This document shows positions 18,802-28,397 of a stretch of DNA of 64,000 nucleotides, in pieces. The stretch comes from a virus (taxonomy: Duplodnaviria; Caudoviricetes). The stretch is from positions 1 through 64,000 of IMG/VR virus record IMGVR_UViG_3300025706_000021; one strand, written 5' to 3'. The first letter of the stretch is position 1, and every line of letters starts with the position of its first letter. Both the position numbers and the translations under genes were made by a program. The notes beneath the pieces are model-generated. The model was not told the DNA's origin. It saw only the letters and a list, made by a program, of their open reading frames with translations, and did not search any database.

Positions 18802-21800
18802 TTACTTGTAAAGCAGACCGCCTGGGCGCTGCTGAATAACCATTTCTTCCTTGACCACGCCCTTGATGCGGTCGGCAAGTTTTTTCCACACTTGGGCATC
18901 CTCGCCAGAAGAACTGCTCTTTTCTGTTCCGTCGTTCTGATTCACCTGAATAACAATGCTGACGTTTGGCGCATCACCGGAACCACCGCCGACAACATTG
19001 ACACCAAGGCGCCCATTTGCGTCGCGAGCGAGAGGCATAACGGCCTCAGGGCCAGCTTCACCCATTACGCCGAACTTGCCGCCATTGGCGAACTTGAACA
19101 GCGTTGGGTCGGCATATACCCCATTGGTGAATGCCCCACCGTTCGCAAACTTGGACAGTTCGCCACTGCTTACGAATGCACCGCCAAGCGCCTTGAGCGT
19201 GATCCCATTACCGAGAAATCCACCACTACCACCACCGCCCCCACCGCCAAGTAGGCCACCCAGCAAGCTACCGGCCGCACCTATCACGCTGGAAACCGCA
19301 CCTCCAATTGCCTTCTGAGCGGAGATTCGCGCGATGTCAGTCAGGATCGAGACCGTGAATTTGCGCCAATCTGCCTTCCCTGTGGTAATAAGTTCGGTCA
19401 GTTGATCCATGAACCCATTTGCCCAATTCGCGGTTGCCTGCTGCATGTTCTCGGTCACGTCCTGCCACTGCTTTCCGAGACGTTCGAGCGGGGTTTCAGA
19501 ATCCTTTTGAAACTTCTTCAGGGCGTTTGCTTTTCTTTCTTCGAAATCGACCGCCAGGGCGAGCAGCTTCTCTTGCTCTTCCTTCTCGTCCATCATTGTT
19601 GTCTCTGCGGAAACAATGAAGTCGTCGCGACGACGGCGATACTCTTCTTCCAGCTTGCGGGTCGTCAGTTCGTACTGCTTGCGAATCTTCTCTTGAGAGT
19701 TATCGATAAGGTCGATTTCCAGCTTTGCGGACTCGTCAATGGTCGCATTGTGGTACTCGATGTTTGCCTCCCTTGCCGCAACCAGCATTCGCTGGGCGTT
19801 AATCAGGCTTAGCTGACCAGTCACGACGCCGCCAAGAAGGGCTTTTTGCTTCTCATATTCGGCAGAAAGCGCCATCATCTTTTTGTTCGCGAATTCAGCA
19901 CCGAAACCGGACGAGTGGATCTTCTCGTCAAGCATTTCGGTTTCAGACGCGAGCGCTTTCGCGGATGTCTTGGTCGCCCCAAGAGCCGCATCGACCTGCT
20001 TCGCTCTTGTTTCGGTTGCGATCAGTTCTTCGTACAGTTCCTTATCTTTGCCCCTGGCATCGATACCCTGCTTCTTCGTGTTGCCCTTCTTGTCCTTGTA
20101 CGTCTTCGTCAGTTCGCCATTGGCGAGCATCTTCTCGTACTTCTCGCGCACCTCGGTTTCGATCAAATCAACCTTGCTGATCTGACCGCTAACCTGTTGC
20201 AGCTTCGCCTCTGCAATTGTGAGTTCTGCCTTTGCGTCGTTCAGGTGCTTCTCAAGACTACCAACGACCGGAACGCGCGAAGAGCCGCCACCCTTGTCAT
20301 CTTTCGACTTGACGCTAACGTATGGCGTGCCAATTTTCTCAGGGTTGATGCCCTGAAGCAGAGTCTCCCTTGCCTCGTTGAGCGCCTTGATCTTGGCGAG
20401 CGCTTGGTCTGCTTTTTCCTTGCCAGCGTCGCCGAGACGACCAGCGGCGTCGAACTCAGCGGTTACAGCGGTCAGGCGGCTGTCGATTTCGAGCAACTTC
20501 GAATCACGGTTCGCTACCGCATACTTCTTCGTCGCTTCGGATTCCTCAGTTGCCTGGCGCTTGACCTCTTCCGAGTATTCCTTGCTGCCCTCTTTGAGCT
20601 TAGACAGGCGTTGCTTGTTTTGGGCGTCGCGTTCCTTCTTTTCATTCTCGAACGCGCGCTGCCAGGCATTTGCGTTGCCTGTGTTCTTCATGTCGAGCAG
20701 GGCGTTTTCTTGGGCTACCGCATCATCGATACCCTGCTTCTTGATGTTGTATTCCTGACGACGCTCAAGTTCCTCGATCTCAGCAAGACGCTTTTTGTTG
20801 CTATCCATGCGTCGCGTGATTTCGGTTCGATTGAAGCCTTTCTCAAGATGCTTCTCGTCCTTCTCGATTTGCCCCTTGAGGTCTGCCTTTTCTTCCCTTG
20901 TTTCGGCAAGCTCTTTTGCGTCAGCAACGCCCATCCAGGCATTCTTGGCGCGGTTAGCAGCCCTCTCTGCTGCATTGGCATACTTGTCCCAAATGTAAAT
21001 CGCCCCCATGATGATGCCGGTGACGATCATGATCGGGCCACCGAGGGCATTGAACACGCCCATTAGCCCGGCCAGCTTCCCGCCAGTCGCAACGGCAGCA
21101 GCACCAGCGGCATTCATTTGGGTGATAAGCGCGCGTTCAGCAACGACATTCGCTTCGACGACGGCAAGACGCGCCTGAAGCGCGGCGATGTTCTGCTTAT
21201 AGAGCGCCCCGCCAGTCATCCCGTACAGGGCGGTTTGGGCGGCGAGATTCTTCTCGATCATCGCGATTTCCGCAGTCATCATCGCGGTCATCTTGATGTT
21301 CTCGTTTGCCTTTACTGCAAGTTTTGCGTTCGAGGTGGCGGTGTATTCGGCAGCGCTCTTTGCGTACACGAGCGAAAGTGTCGAGAACTCTGCCTTCAGG
21401 GTCGCGAACGTCGCAACCAACTTCGAGGCAGCGAAGGCGGCGATCAGCGTTGCGCCAGCGATCTTCACTTCGTCATAGAAGCGAATTACGAACTGGATCG
21501 CGTCCTTGAACGCGACAGCGAATCCTCCAACAACTTCAGACAGGTCTGTTCCAAACTTGCGTGCGGTGTTCGAGTCGAACGAGGCAAGCAAGTCTTCAAT
21601 TGCCTTCTTTGCATCTGCAAATGCGCCCTGCCCGCTATCGCCCCCCGCGAGTTCGTACTTGAAGAGCGACCACTTGGTATTGAGCTTGGCGAGCATGCCC
21701 TCCCATGTGTCCATCATCTTCGAGGCAGCACCCTCGTTCTCGAACTGCATAACGGCGAACATGCGCTCAAGGGCAGATTTCGCCTCAACCTCGCCATTCG

Positions 21801-22467
21801 AGATTGACTTGACGAGATCGGACATCGACTTGCCAACACCGGTCGCCATCATATTGATCGCTGTCGGCACGGCTTCGCCAAGCTGCTGTCGAAGTTCTTC
21901 CATCGACACGACGCCCTTACCTGCCATCTGCTGAATAGCAATTGAGGCGCGGTGAAGTTGTTCGGAGTTACCGCCGAATCGAGCGACAGAATCGACCAGC
22001 GCCTTCATCGACCCGTTCATGGGATCGATGCCGCCAGATTTCAGCTTTACGAACGAATCGGTGAGCGCCTTGACATCGAATGGCGCGTTCTGCGCCATGT
22101 CAAAGACGAAGTTTCTGCCCTTCTTTGCATCAGCAACTTTGTCGGTCGCTGTGCTAAGCCCCTCCATGAGCTTAGTCATTCGCTCAATTTCGCCAGAGGT
22201 CTTGACGATAGAGAGCGGCAAACGCAGGAACACGTCATGAAAATCGAGCAGCGCAAAGCGTGCTGTCGCCGCCATAATCATGAAGTGACGAAATGCTGTA
22301 CCGACACCCGTCAGGTGTTCTTCAACGCGCTTTGTGCTTGTTGCGGTATCCGTGAGCGACTTGCGTAGCTCTTTCAGTAGAACGTCGGCGTTTTTGACCT
22401 GGACAGTGAATTCACGACTGTCCATCGTCAAACCAATCGAAATATCGTCGCCGACCTTCACACTCAT
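18802..22467 (-). CDS. Tape measure protein
   Basis: 1221 aa, coiled-coil rich; QQMAGKGVVSMEELRQQLGE and lambda-H-like GVMGEAGPEAVMPL. Confidence 0.93.
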   Translation of the reverse strand: MSVKVGDDISIGLTMDSREFTVQVKNADVLLKELRKSLTDTATSTKRVEEHLTGVGTAFRHFMIMAATARFALLDFHDVFLRLPLSIVKTSGEIERMTKLMEGLSTATDKVADAKKGRNFVFDMAQNAPFDVKALTDSFVKLKSGGIDPMNGSMKALVDSVARFGGNSEQLHRASIAIQQMAGKGVVSMEELRQQLGEAVPTAINMMATGVGKSMSDLVKSISNGEVEAKSALERMFAVMQFENEGAASKMMDTWEGMLAKLNTKWSLFKYELAGGDSGQGAFADAKKAIEDLLASFDSNTARKFGTDLSEVVGGFAVAFKDAIQFVIRFYDEVKIAGATLIAAFAASKLVATFATLKAEFSTLSLVYAKSAAEYTATSNAKLAVKANENIKMTAMMTAEIAMIEKNLAAQTALYGMTGGALYKQNIAALQARLAVVEANVVAERALITQMNAAGAAAVATGGKLAGLMGVFNALGGPIMIVTGIIMGAIYIWDKYANAAERAANRAKNAWMGVADAKELAETREEKADLKGQIEKDEKHLEKGFNRTEITRRMDSNKKRLAEIEELERRQEYNIKKQGIDDAVAQENALLDMKNTGNANAWQRAFENEKKERDAQNKQRLSKLKEGSKEYSEEVKRQATEESEATKKYAVANRDSKLLEIDSRLTAVTAEFDAAGRLGDAGKEKADQALAKIKALNEARETLLQGINPEKIGTPYVSVKSKDDKGGGSSRVPVVGSLEKHLNDAKAELTIAEAKLQQVSGQISKVDLIETEVREKYEKMLANGELTKTYKDKKGNTKKQGIDARGKDKELYEELIATETRAKQVDAALGATKTSAKALASETEMLDEKIHSSGFGAEFANKKMMALSAEYEKQKALLGGVVTGQLSLINAQRMLVAAREANIEYHNATIDESAKLEIDLIDNSQEKIRKQYELTTRKLEEEYRRRRDDFIVSAETTMMDEKEEQEKLLALAVDFEERKANALKKFQKDSETPLERLGKQWQDVTENMQQATANWANGFMDQLTELITTGKADWRKFTVSILTDIARISAQKAIGGAVSSVIGAAGSLLGGLLGGGGGGGSGGFLGNGITLKALGGAFVSSGELSKFANGGAFTNGVYADPTLFKFANGGKFGVMGEAGPEAVMPLARDANGRLGVNVVGGGSGDAPNVSIVIQVNQNDGTEKSSSSGEDAQVWKKLADRIKGVVKEEMVIQQRPGGLLYK

Positions 22468-22487
22468 TTCAGAACCTCGTTAGTTTT

Positions 22488-23134
22488 TCATGCCGCCATC
22501 GCCTTCAGCTTTTGGAAGCCTTCTTCGTCGCGAACCGCAGCAGCCATTGGATTGACCCTGGCGATCTCGCCCATTTCAACCACAAGGTTTTCTCGGGTTT
22601 GCCTCATTGCGTCGCCAGCCTGGGCGCTCGCTGCGATCTCAAGAGCGCGCATGTCTTTCTCTGCGCTGAGTCGCGGTACGTTTGAGTTCAGAAGCCAAAA
22701 TGCGTCGATTGGGGTATTCATCAATTCGCGATACCCCAACCCGTAGAAGTGCAGGACTCGACAGAAGACATAGCCAAAGTCCAGCGCCTCAATTGGCGGT
22801 CGTACTACTTTTTTTCGCCACCTTCTGCGTCAGCAGATTCGGCAACCTCATCGTCCATTTCGCCACGCAGGAACTTGCTGATGGTGACGAGTTGTTCGAT
22901 GCTCAGCTTGCGCAGGGACTTCGCCGGGCAGGACGGAACCGAGCGCTGAATCATTGCGATTGCGGCTTCGAGTTGGTCGGCAAAGGTGGATTTGTCATTC
23001 GCTTCGAGAGCGGCTGCTTCCTTGGTAGTCTCGATGAAGTTCTCGACTGTCATTTCCTCTACTTCGTACTGCTCACCATTCAGCGTCAGGGTGCGCTTCG
23101 ATTTCGAGAGGGAATCCAGATTCAGTGTCTTCAT
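22488..23134 (-). CDS. Tail assembly chaperone G and G-T fusion via -1 frameshift
   Basis: G ORF 22805..23134 ends GAA AAA AAG TAG; the -1 frame is open (VVRPPIEALDFGYVFCRVLHFYGLGYRELM...) to 22488. Confidence 0.85.
22808..22814 (-). other. Programmed -1 ribosomal frameshift heptamer A AAA AAG
   Basis: Canonical slippery site just before the gpG stop codon. Confidence 0.85.
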
Positions 23135-23156
23135 TGCTTGTTGCTCCTAGAGTTGT

Positions 23157-23181
23157 TAAAACGGGTGCCCGAAAGCACCCG
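23157..23181 (-). terminator. Intrinsic terminator after major tail gene
   Basis: CGGGTGC/GCACCCG stem followed by TTTTAA on minus. Confidence 0.6.
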
Positions 23182-23206
23182 CCGCAGTCACGGGTGACTG
23201 ATGCTA

Positions 23207-23728
23207 TTAGATAGCGGTCGTATCGCCCACGGCAAACAGCTTGCCGTTGGTGTCAGGGTAGCCATTGAACTCGGTGTTGTAGATGCGCTCGTCTTCCAGC
23301 TTGTAGGCGAAGTTCAGGGCACCAGCGGTCGCGGCCTTGAAAACGGTGAAGTCTTCGGACACGTCGATGTCTGCCTTGGAGATCGGATGCAGAACCAGCG
23401 CTTGAGCGATGTCGAGCAGGTTGATGCCGACGCCGGTCGAGACGTTGACAACCTTCTTGGTCGGGGTAACGCTGTCGGTTACGAGAACGGCACCAGGCAT
23501 GATCTTGACGAGGTTATCGAGGGTGGTTTCTGCCAGCGGACACTTCACGGTCACTTCGCGACCCATGATGTATTCGTTGATCGGGGTTTTGCCAAACTGA
23601 TCGACGTTCACCTTGTGGGTGTCGGTCTTCACGGTCACTTCGACGCCGCCTTTGGTGTAGCCAAGATCGATGCCATTGAACTTGATCTTGCACACGCCCA
23701 GCTTTACGTTATGAATATCACTTGCCAC
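23207..23728 (-). CDS. Major tail tube protein
   Basis: GTG start with AGGAG RBS; DLGYTKGGVEV, VTVKCPLAE; lies before the chaperones. Confidence 0.8.
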   Translation of the reverse strand: MASDIHNVKLGVCKIKFNGIDLGYTKGGVEVTVKTDTHKVNVDQFGKTPINEYIMGREVTVKCPLAETTLDNLVKIMPGAVLVTDSVTPTKKVVNVSTGVGINLLDIAQALVLHPISKADIDVSEDFTVFKAATAGALNFAYKLEDERIYNTEFNGYPDTNGKLFAVGDTTAI

Positions 23729-23772
23729 GTTTTTTGCTCCTTGCAAAGAGTTGGAAATAAGTCACGTCTGAC

Positions 23773-24162
23773 TTACTCGGCGACTATACCATAAATCGCC
23801 GAAAAATTCACGCTGAATTCGGTATTTCCGCCTACAGATGGTTGATATGAAACAGGTTCCGTCAAGGGGCGAATGATTTTGACGGTCATTCCAGGAAGAT
23901 CGACCTCCTTCATAGTCAGGAGGGCAGATGCTTCTTCCGCGAGGGCTTTCACTTGGGAATAGTTTTTCCCACGCACCGCCATCTGAAAGCGACCGCGACG
24001 CAGTGCTGGAATTTCACCATCGATCTCGATCCCCGAGAAGCTGTCCTTGAGCATAAGGCCAAGTGGAATTTCGAAAGGCATCTTGTTGATGAACAGCGTA
24101 CTTCCCTGCTTGAGAACCGAAATGTTCTCTTCCAGGTAATCGATTAGAGGCTCGAAAATCAT
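23773..24162 (-). CDS. Tail terminator / neck protein
   Basis: Position and size; RFQMAVRG motif. Confidence 0.6.
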   Translation of the reverse strand: MIFEPLIDYLEENISVLKQGSTLFINKMPFEIPLGLMLKDSFSGIEIDGEIPALRRGRFQMAVRGKNYSQVKALAEEASALLTMKEVDLPGMTVKIIRPLTEPVSYQPSVGGNTEFSVNFSAIYGIVAE

Positions 24163-24650
24163 TTGATCGAATCCTTGATGATCTGACGGGCGCGGTAGTA
24201 AATCTGCGGGCGATGTTCCTCAACCGCGCGTTCGAGAAACTTGCCACCAACGTCATGTCCCGAAGCTGCCTTCTTGCGCGAGTATCGGTACGGATATTTC
24301 GGGTTGTAGATGTCGCCAGCGAACCCGCTGCCATACGGGGCAAGCCCTTCGTGCATCAGAAGCATGTATTCGCCGACCGGTGTTCCATCTGGCTTTGCGC
24401 GCGACCCGTCGATATAGACGAACACCTCGGAACGACCGTTGATACCGGTGCGCTGAGATTCGCAAGTGATTGCGGACTCAAGAGTCCCGCCATCTTCATC
24501 ATCGGGCGCTACAGGCGCGTTGCTGCGGGCTTTGTCGCGAATCACCATGCCCTGCTCTTTCATCATGGCCGCCACACCGCGATGGGCACGGTCGCCGATC
24601 TGTTCGATCTTGGCGAGAATGCCCTCGATGTCACATCGGACTTCACTCAA
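24159..24650 (-). CDS. HK97 gp10-like neck protein (start uncertain)
   Basis: APV...GTLESAI, GGKFLERAV. Confidence 0.65.
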   Translation of the reverse strand: MSEVRCDIEGILAKIEQIGDRAHRGVAAMMKEQGMVIRDKARSNAPVAPDDEDGGTLESAITCESQRTGINGRSEVFVYIDGSRAKPDGTPVGEYMLLMHEGLAPYGSGFAGDIYNPKYPYRYSRKKAASGHDVGGKFLERAVEEHRPQIYYRARQIIKDSIK

Positions 24651-24987
24651 TCGAACACCCGACCTCGTAATGATCCAGGCGGCCCATGACATCCATGCGG
24701 TGACGAACGGAAATAACCCTGAGTTGCATACCACGCAGGGTGATGACCGAATCGAACTCGGGCTGAATCTTCTTGCTCAGCAACAGCACAGCATCCGCGA
24801 CCAGTTCATCAGCATGCCCTCGGGTTGCCCCGCTGTCAGCGCGAACGGTAGAGTGCTGTACCTTCCCCATGAGCTTCACAATGGCGCACACAGAGGGCAC
24901 GGGAACGCTGAATTTGGGCGCTCCATAAACGTCGTTGCTCGTCTTCACCGACACCTTGCAGGGCACGTTCATTGTGATTACAGGCAT
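24643..24987 (-). CDS. Head closure / stopper protein
   Basis: NDVYGAP motif; position. Confidence 0.6.
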   Translation of the reverse strand: MPVITMNVPCKVSVKTSNDVYGAPKFSVPVPSVCAIVKLMGKVQHSTVRADSGATRGHADELVADAVLLLSKKIQPEFDSVITLRGMQLRVISVRHRMDVMGRLDHYEVGCSIE

Positions 24988-24988
24988 G

Positions 24989-25741
24989 TTATGACCTTGT
25001 TAGGCGAACGCGGGTGGAGACGAACTTCGCCAGTTCTTTCATCGCACGTTTGCAGACCGCGCCTTCGATTGCCTTTGCTGGGCGGAAGAATTGCTTCGCT
25101 TCACCAACGGACATCGACATCAGGCCAGCGCGGCGGTACTCACCAATGGCGTCACCACCAAGCAGAAAGTCGGCTTCGAGGATCTGAGCGCGACAGATTG
25201 CGCTCTTGAAGTCAGCCGGTAGGGAATTCCATTGATCGACGCTCGCGAGCGTCAGATTCTGGTACGCATCGAAGACGTAGCGAAAACGAAGCTGTTCGAT
25301 GTTTCTGCGTGCCGCGATCAGCGCTGCGATACGTTGCGCCTTCGTGTTCTCGTTCCAACCTGGAAGGTTGGGAATTTCGTAAGAGAGAAAAACAGCCTTG
25401 TTGTACGACTGAAAGCTATTTACACCCTCAACAAGCACCTCGTCCGACTCGACTTGATACCCGTATTCGGACTTGATTGTTCCAACCTCGGTCAGAATGT
25501 ATAGCTCGACAACGCGCAGCGCCCTGAATTCGTCAGGGGCGAGCGTGTTGTGTTGGGCGGGAATCTGAATGGTTACAGACTCGTCGCCCTCGGCGAATGT
25601 AGCAGCAGTCCTGGCGACCAGCACCGTTTCGTTTTGGTCGATAAGTCGATACTCGACCGACTGAGCGACGATTGGCAATCCGTCAGCATCGACAATCGGA
25701 ATACTGACGGTGACGGGCGTGCCGCCAAGATATGCTTGCAT
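24989..25741 (-). CDS. Head-tail adaptor-like protein
   Basis: AICRAQILEADFLL...GLMSMSVGEA; position. Confidence 0.6.
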   Translation of the reverse strand: MQAYLGGTPVTVSIPIVDADGLPIVAQSVEYRLIDQNETVLVARTAATFAEGDESVTIQIPAQHNTLAPDEFRALRVVELYILTEVGTIKSEYGYQVESDEVLVEGVNSFQSYNKAVFLSYEIPNLPGWNENTKAQRIAALIAARRNIEQLRFRYVFDAYQNLTLASVDQWNSLPADFKSAICRAQILEADFLLGGDAIGEYRRAGLMSMSVGEAKQFFRPAKAIEGAVCKRAMKELAKFVSTRVRLTRS

Positions 25742-25743
25742 TG

Positions 25744-26262
25744 TTATTCGCCTTCGTTCTTGCCAGCGCCGTCGTCAGACTGACCTTCAGGCAGCATTTC
25801 AGCAACCGGTGCAGCCGGAGCTTGCTTTTCGAGAATCAGTTCGATCAGCTTCGCAATACTGGTGCCCTTGACTTCGAGCTTGTCGCCAATTTCACGCAGA
25901 GCAGCGATACCGCCCTTGTCGGCGACACCTTCTAGCTCTTCTTTGGAATACTGCTTGAGCGGTTCAGACATGAGTTCCGCAATCAGGGAGACTTCGGACG
26001 GGGTAAGCACGGGAGTTCCCGCCAGAATCTCTTCCATCGTTTGCAGGTTTTGGGAAATGCACGGCTTGTTTTGCATATCCGCATCCAGTTCAAGCGCACC
26101 GACGCTTTCACCGCTCTCTTCTTCGACCACGCGGATATTCCCGCTGATGATGTTTGCCTCGATGTGCGAAACGTCACCGACGCTCACGCCATTTTCGAAG
26201 AGGACGATGCCAAGATTGCCAGAGAAGCCTTCCCAGCCCGGTTCTGTGATTTTCAGTTTCAT
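25744..26262 (-). CDS. Hypothetical head-associated protein
   Basis: 172 aa directly after the major capsid gene. Confidence 0.6.
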   Translation of the reverse strand: MKLKITEPGWEGFSGNLGIVLFENGVSVGDVSHIEANIISGNIRVVEEESGESVGALELDADMQNKPCISQNLQTMEEILAGTPVLTPSEVSLIAELMSEPLKQYSKEELEGVADKGGIAALREIGDKLEVKGTSIAKLIELILEKQAPAAPVAEMLPEGQSDDGAGKNEGE

Positions 26263-26280
26263 TGATTTTCCTTCGGATGT

Positions 26281-26308
26281 AAAAAAGGCGAGGGGGAAAC
26301 CCCTCGCC
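26281..26308 (-). terminator. Intrinsic terminator after major capsid gene
   Basis: GGCGAGGGG/CCCCTCGCC 9-bp stem, T6 on minus. Confidence 0.8.
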
Positions 26309-26335
26309 CCTGTAAGGCAGTCAGTCGTGACTGAC

Positions 26336-27304
26336 TTAGACGTTCGTGATACCAGCCAGGCGGGCCAGCGACTTGCTCGACTTCAGAGCAGCGCCGCAGT
26401 ACCACTTGACGCGGATGCGGTCGGCATCCTTGTTTTGCACGGTGCCGATGGACTCGACACGCAGACCGGCGTCGGCGCCGCCATACAGACCATGCAGGCC
26501 ATCAACTTCGTTCAGGCGAGCAGCGTAGATGGAGCAGGTTGCGCCACCAGTTTGCGAGGTGACGGCACCAGCGGTCATCGTTTCGACGCCCGGCAGGAAG
26601 TCATTCACGATGATAGGCACGCCATTGTGGGTCAGCATCGGGCGACCGAAGTTTTCCATCATGACTTCAGCGGCGGAGGTGCCACCACCAGTGGTACGCA
26701 TCAGAGTGCGGAAGGCGCGAACCGTGCCGCGACGCATAATCAGACAGTCGGCGCCGTTCGGAACGGTGTCGAGCAGTTGGTCGAGCATCGAGAGGGTCAG
26801 AGCGGCACCGGTGCCGCCAGCGGAGACGGTTTGAGCGGCGCTGGAGTCGGCGTTGGTCATCAGAGCAGCCAGACCGTCGAACTGCTTGGCGTTCGAACCG
26901 TTGTTGCCGTTGGCCAGGGCGTCGTGGTACAGGCGACCGACGGCCTTTGCCTTCTTGGCGATTTGCGTGGAGAGTTGGTCGTTGGTGTCGGATTCGGTTT
27001 CTTGCAGGAACTTATCGACATCCACATCACCAGCGATGATGCGCAGCTTGGCGATGATTTCCTTGAACGGCACAGCGCCTTCGATCACGGTATCGTTCGG
27101 ATCGAGGAAGGTCGGCAGACCGGAACCCTGGGTGACGTTGTTCTGTGCGCCAGTGTCTTCACGGTGGTAGACATAAGCCTTGGAATTGACACGAACGAAC
27201 GGGAGAACGGAGAACAGGTCATCACGTTCGATGATTTCATCGATAACGCCAGCAACCATTTGGTTGTTCGACAGCTTATCGGCTTCTACTTTCAACAGCG
27301 GCAT
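26336..27304 (-). CDS. Major capsid protein (HK97 fold)
   Basis: 322 aa; IAGDVDVDKF, QFDGL, RIRVKWYCG, LARLAGITN; followed by a strong terminator. Confidence 0.9.
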   Translation of the reverse strand: MPLLKVEADKLSNNQMVAGVIDEIIERDDLFSVLPFVRVNSKAYVYHREDTGAQNNVTQGSGLPTFLDPNDTVIEGAVPFKEIIAKLRIIAGDVDVDKFLQETESDTNDQLSTQIAKKAKAVGRLYHDALANGNNGSNAKQFDGLAALMTNADSSAAQTVSAGGTGAALTLSMLDQLLDTVPNGADCLIMRRGTVRAFRTLMRTTGGGTSAAEVMMENFGRPMLTHNGVPIIVNDFLPGVETMTAGAVTSQTGGATCSIYAARLNEVDGLHGLYGGADAGLRVESIGTVQNKDADRIRVKWYCGAALKSSKSLARLAGITNV

Positions 27305-27439
27305 TTTGTTCCTTTTCTAAGAGAATTTGGATTCACTTCAATTGCGTCACGGCAATCAACTTCTCAGGTCTCTTAGAGTAAGTCATCGCTGACTGAATCA
27401 GGAGGCGAATATATACCATTCGCCTCCTGTCGTCAAGCG

Positions 27440-28333
27440 TTATTTCTTGCCGAGTGCACCCTTGCTCAAAGCAGCGGCAATGCGGTCTTTGCCGGTCGGT
27501 TGCTCGAAGCGTTGGTCAGCGGTTTTCGCGTTTGTTACGGTCTTGCTTCCCGCGCCTGTCTTCAGCTTGCTCTTCAGCAGTTGGGCAGCGTCAGGATCGT
27601 TGCGAACGATCTTCTCGATAGCTGCCTCGAAACTGAGCGGGTCGCCCTTTGCATCGACCAAAGCAACGCGGGTCGAATCACCAGCGGGCTTGTCGTAAGC
27701 AACGACGCCATCTTCGGAAAACTCGAAGTGGGCACCGAACAGCGCGCGGGCCTTGCCTGGCGCGATCAGTTCGTTCTTGATGAAGTCAGACGACGCGAAG
27801 GCATTGCCAACCGTGAGTTCGCCGATCTTCTTTTCGAGCTTTTGCAGCTTGGTTTCGCGCTCGGAAATTTGCGATGCGAGCGTGGCCTTTTCCTTTTCGT
27901 GGCCTTCGACCATCTGCTTCTTCAGGCTATCCCACTGGCCCTTTTCTTCCAGCTTGCGGGTTTCCTCGCTTTGCTTTTCAGCAAGCAGGGCGCGCACGCC
28001 GTCAGCGTCGATGCCGTCGAACTTCTTGACCTGAGCTTCCAGCGCGGCGATCTTGTCGCTCGCTTCTTTCAGCTTGGTCTTCTTGTCCATCACTTCCTTG
28101 AGCAGACGCGCTTCTTCGTCGCTCGGGCCGGTTTTGCCAGCAGCTTTCGCGGCTTCAGCTTCGGCAGCAGCTTTCGCGGCTTCAGCTTCGGCAGCGGCTT
28201 TTGCAGCTTCAGCTTCGGCGGCAGCCTTTGCGGCGTCATCGCCAGCGTTCCCACTAGCGCTACCCTCGGTGCCATCACCAGCTTGATCCATGTAGCCGAG
28301 ATTTCCGAGCATGCGTTTCAACAGATAGTTCAT
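27440..28333 (-). CDS. Capsid scaffolding protein
   Basis: Charged coiled coil between portal and capsid genes; GAGS motif near C-terminus. Confidence 0.75.
   Translation of the reverse strand: MNYLLKRMLGNLGYMDQAGDGTEGSASGNAGDDAAKAAAEAEAAKAAAEAEAAKAAAEAEAAKAAGKTGPSDEEARLLKEVMDKKTKLKEASDKIAALEAQVKKFDGIDADGVRALLAEKQSEETRKLEEKGQWDSLKKQMVEGHEKEKATLASQISERETKLQKLEKKIGELTVGNAFASSDFIKNELIAPGKARALFGAHFEFSEDGVVAYDKPAGDSTRVALVDAKGDPLSFEAAIEKIVRNDPDAAQLLKSKLKTGAGSKTVTNAKTADQRFEQPTGKDRIAAALSKGALGKK
28141..28221. repeat. 27-bp tandem repeat x3 encoding AAKAAAEAE
   Basis: CAGCTTTCGCGGCTTCAGCTTCGGCAG twice exactly plus one variant. Confidence 0.85.
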
Positions 28334-28397
28334 TTGTTTCCTTTCAGACCAGTCTCTTGGTCATCGTTGTGTTTGAGCGAGATTCACTTCTCGCCGG

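Noticed and set aside
25862-27376. 504-aa plus-strand ORF
   Set aside because: Antisense shadow of the capsid gene, no RBS or motif. The same applies to 873-1451, 1626-2252, 19846-21066, 27500-28462 and similar ORFs.
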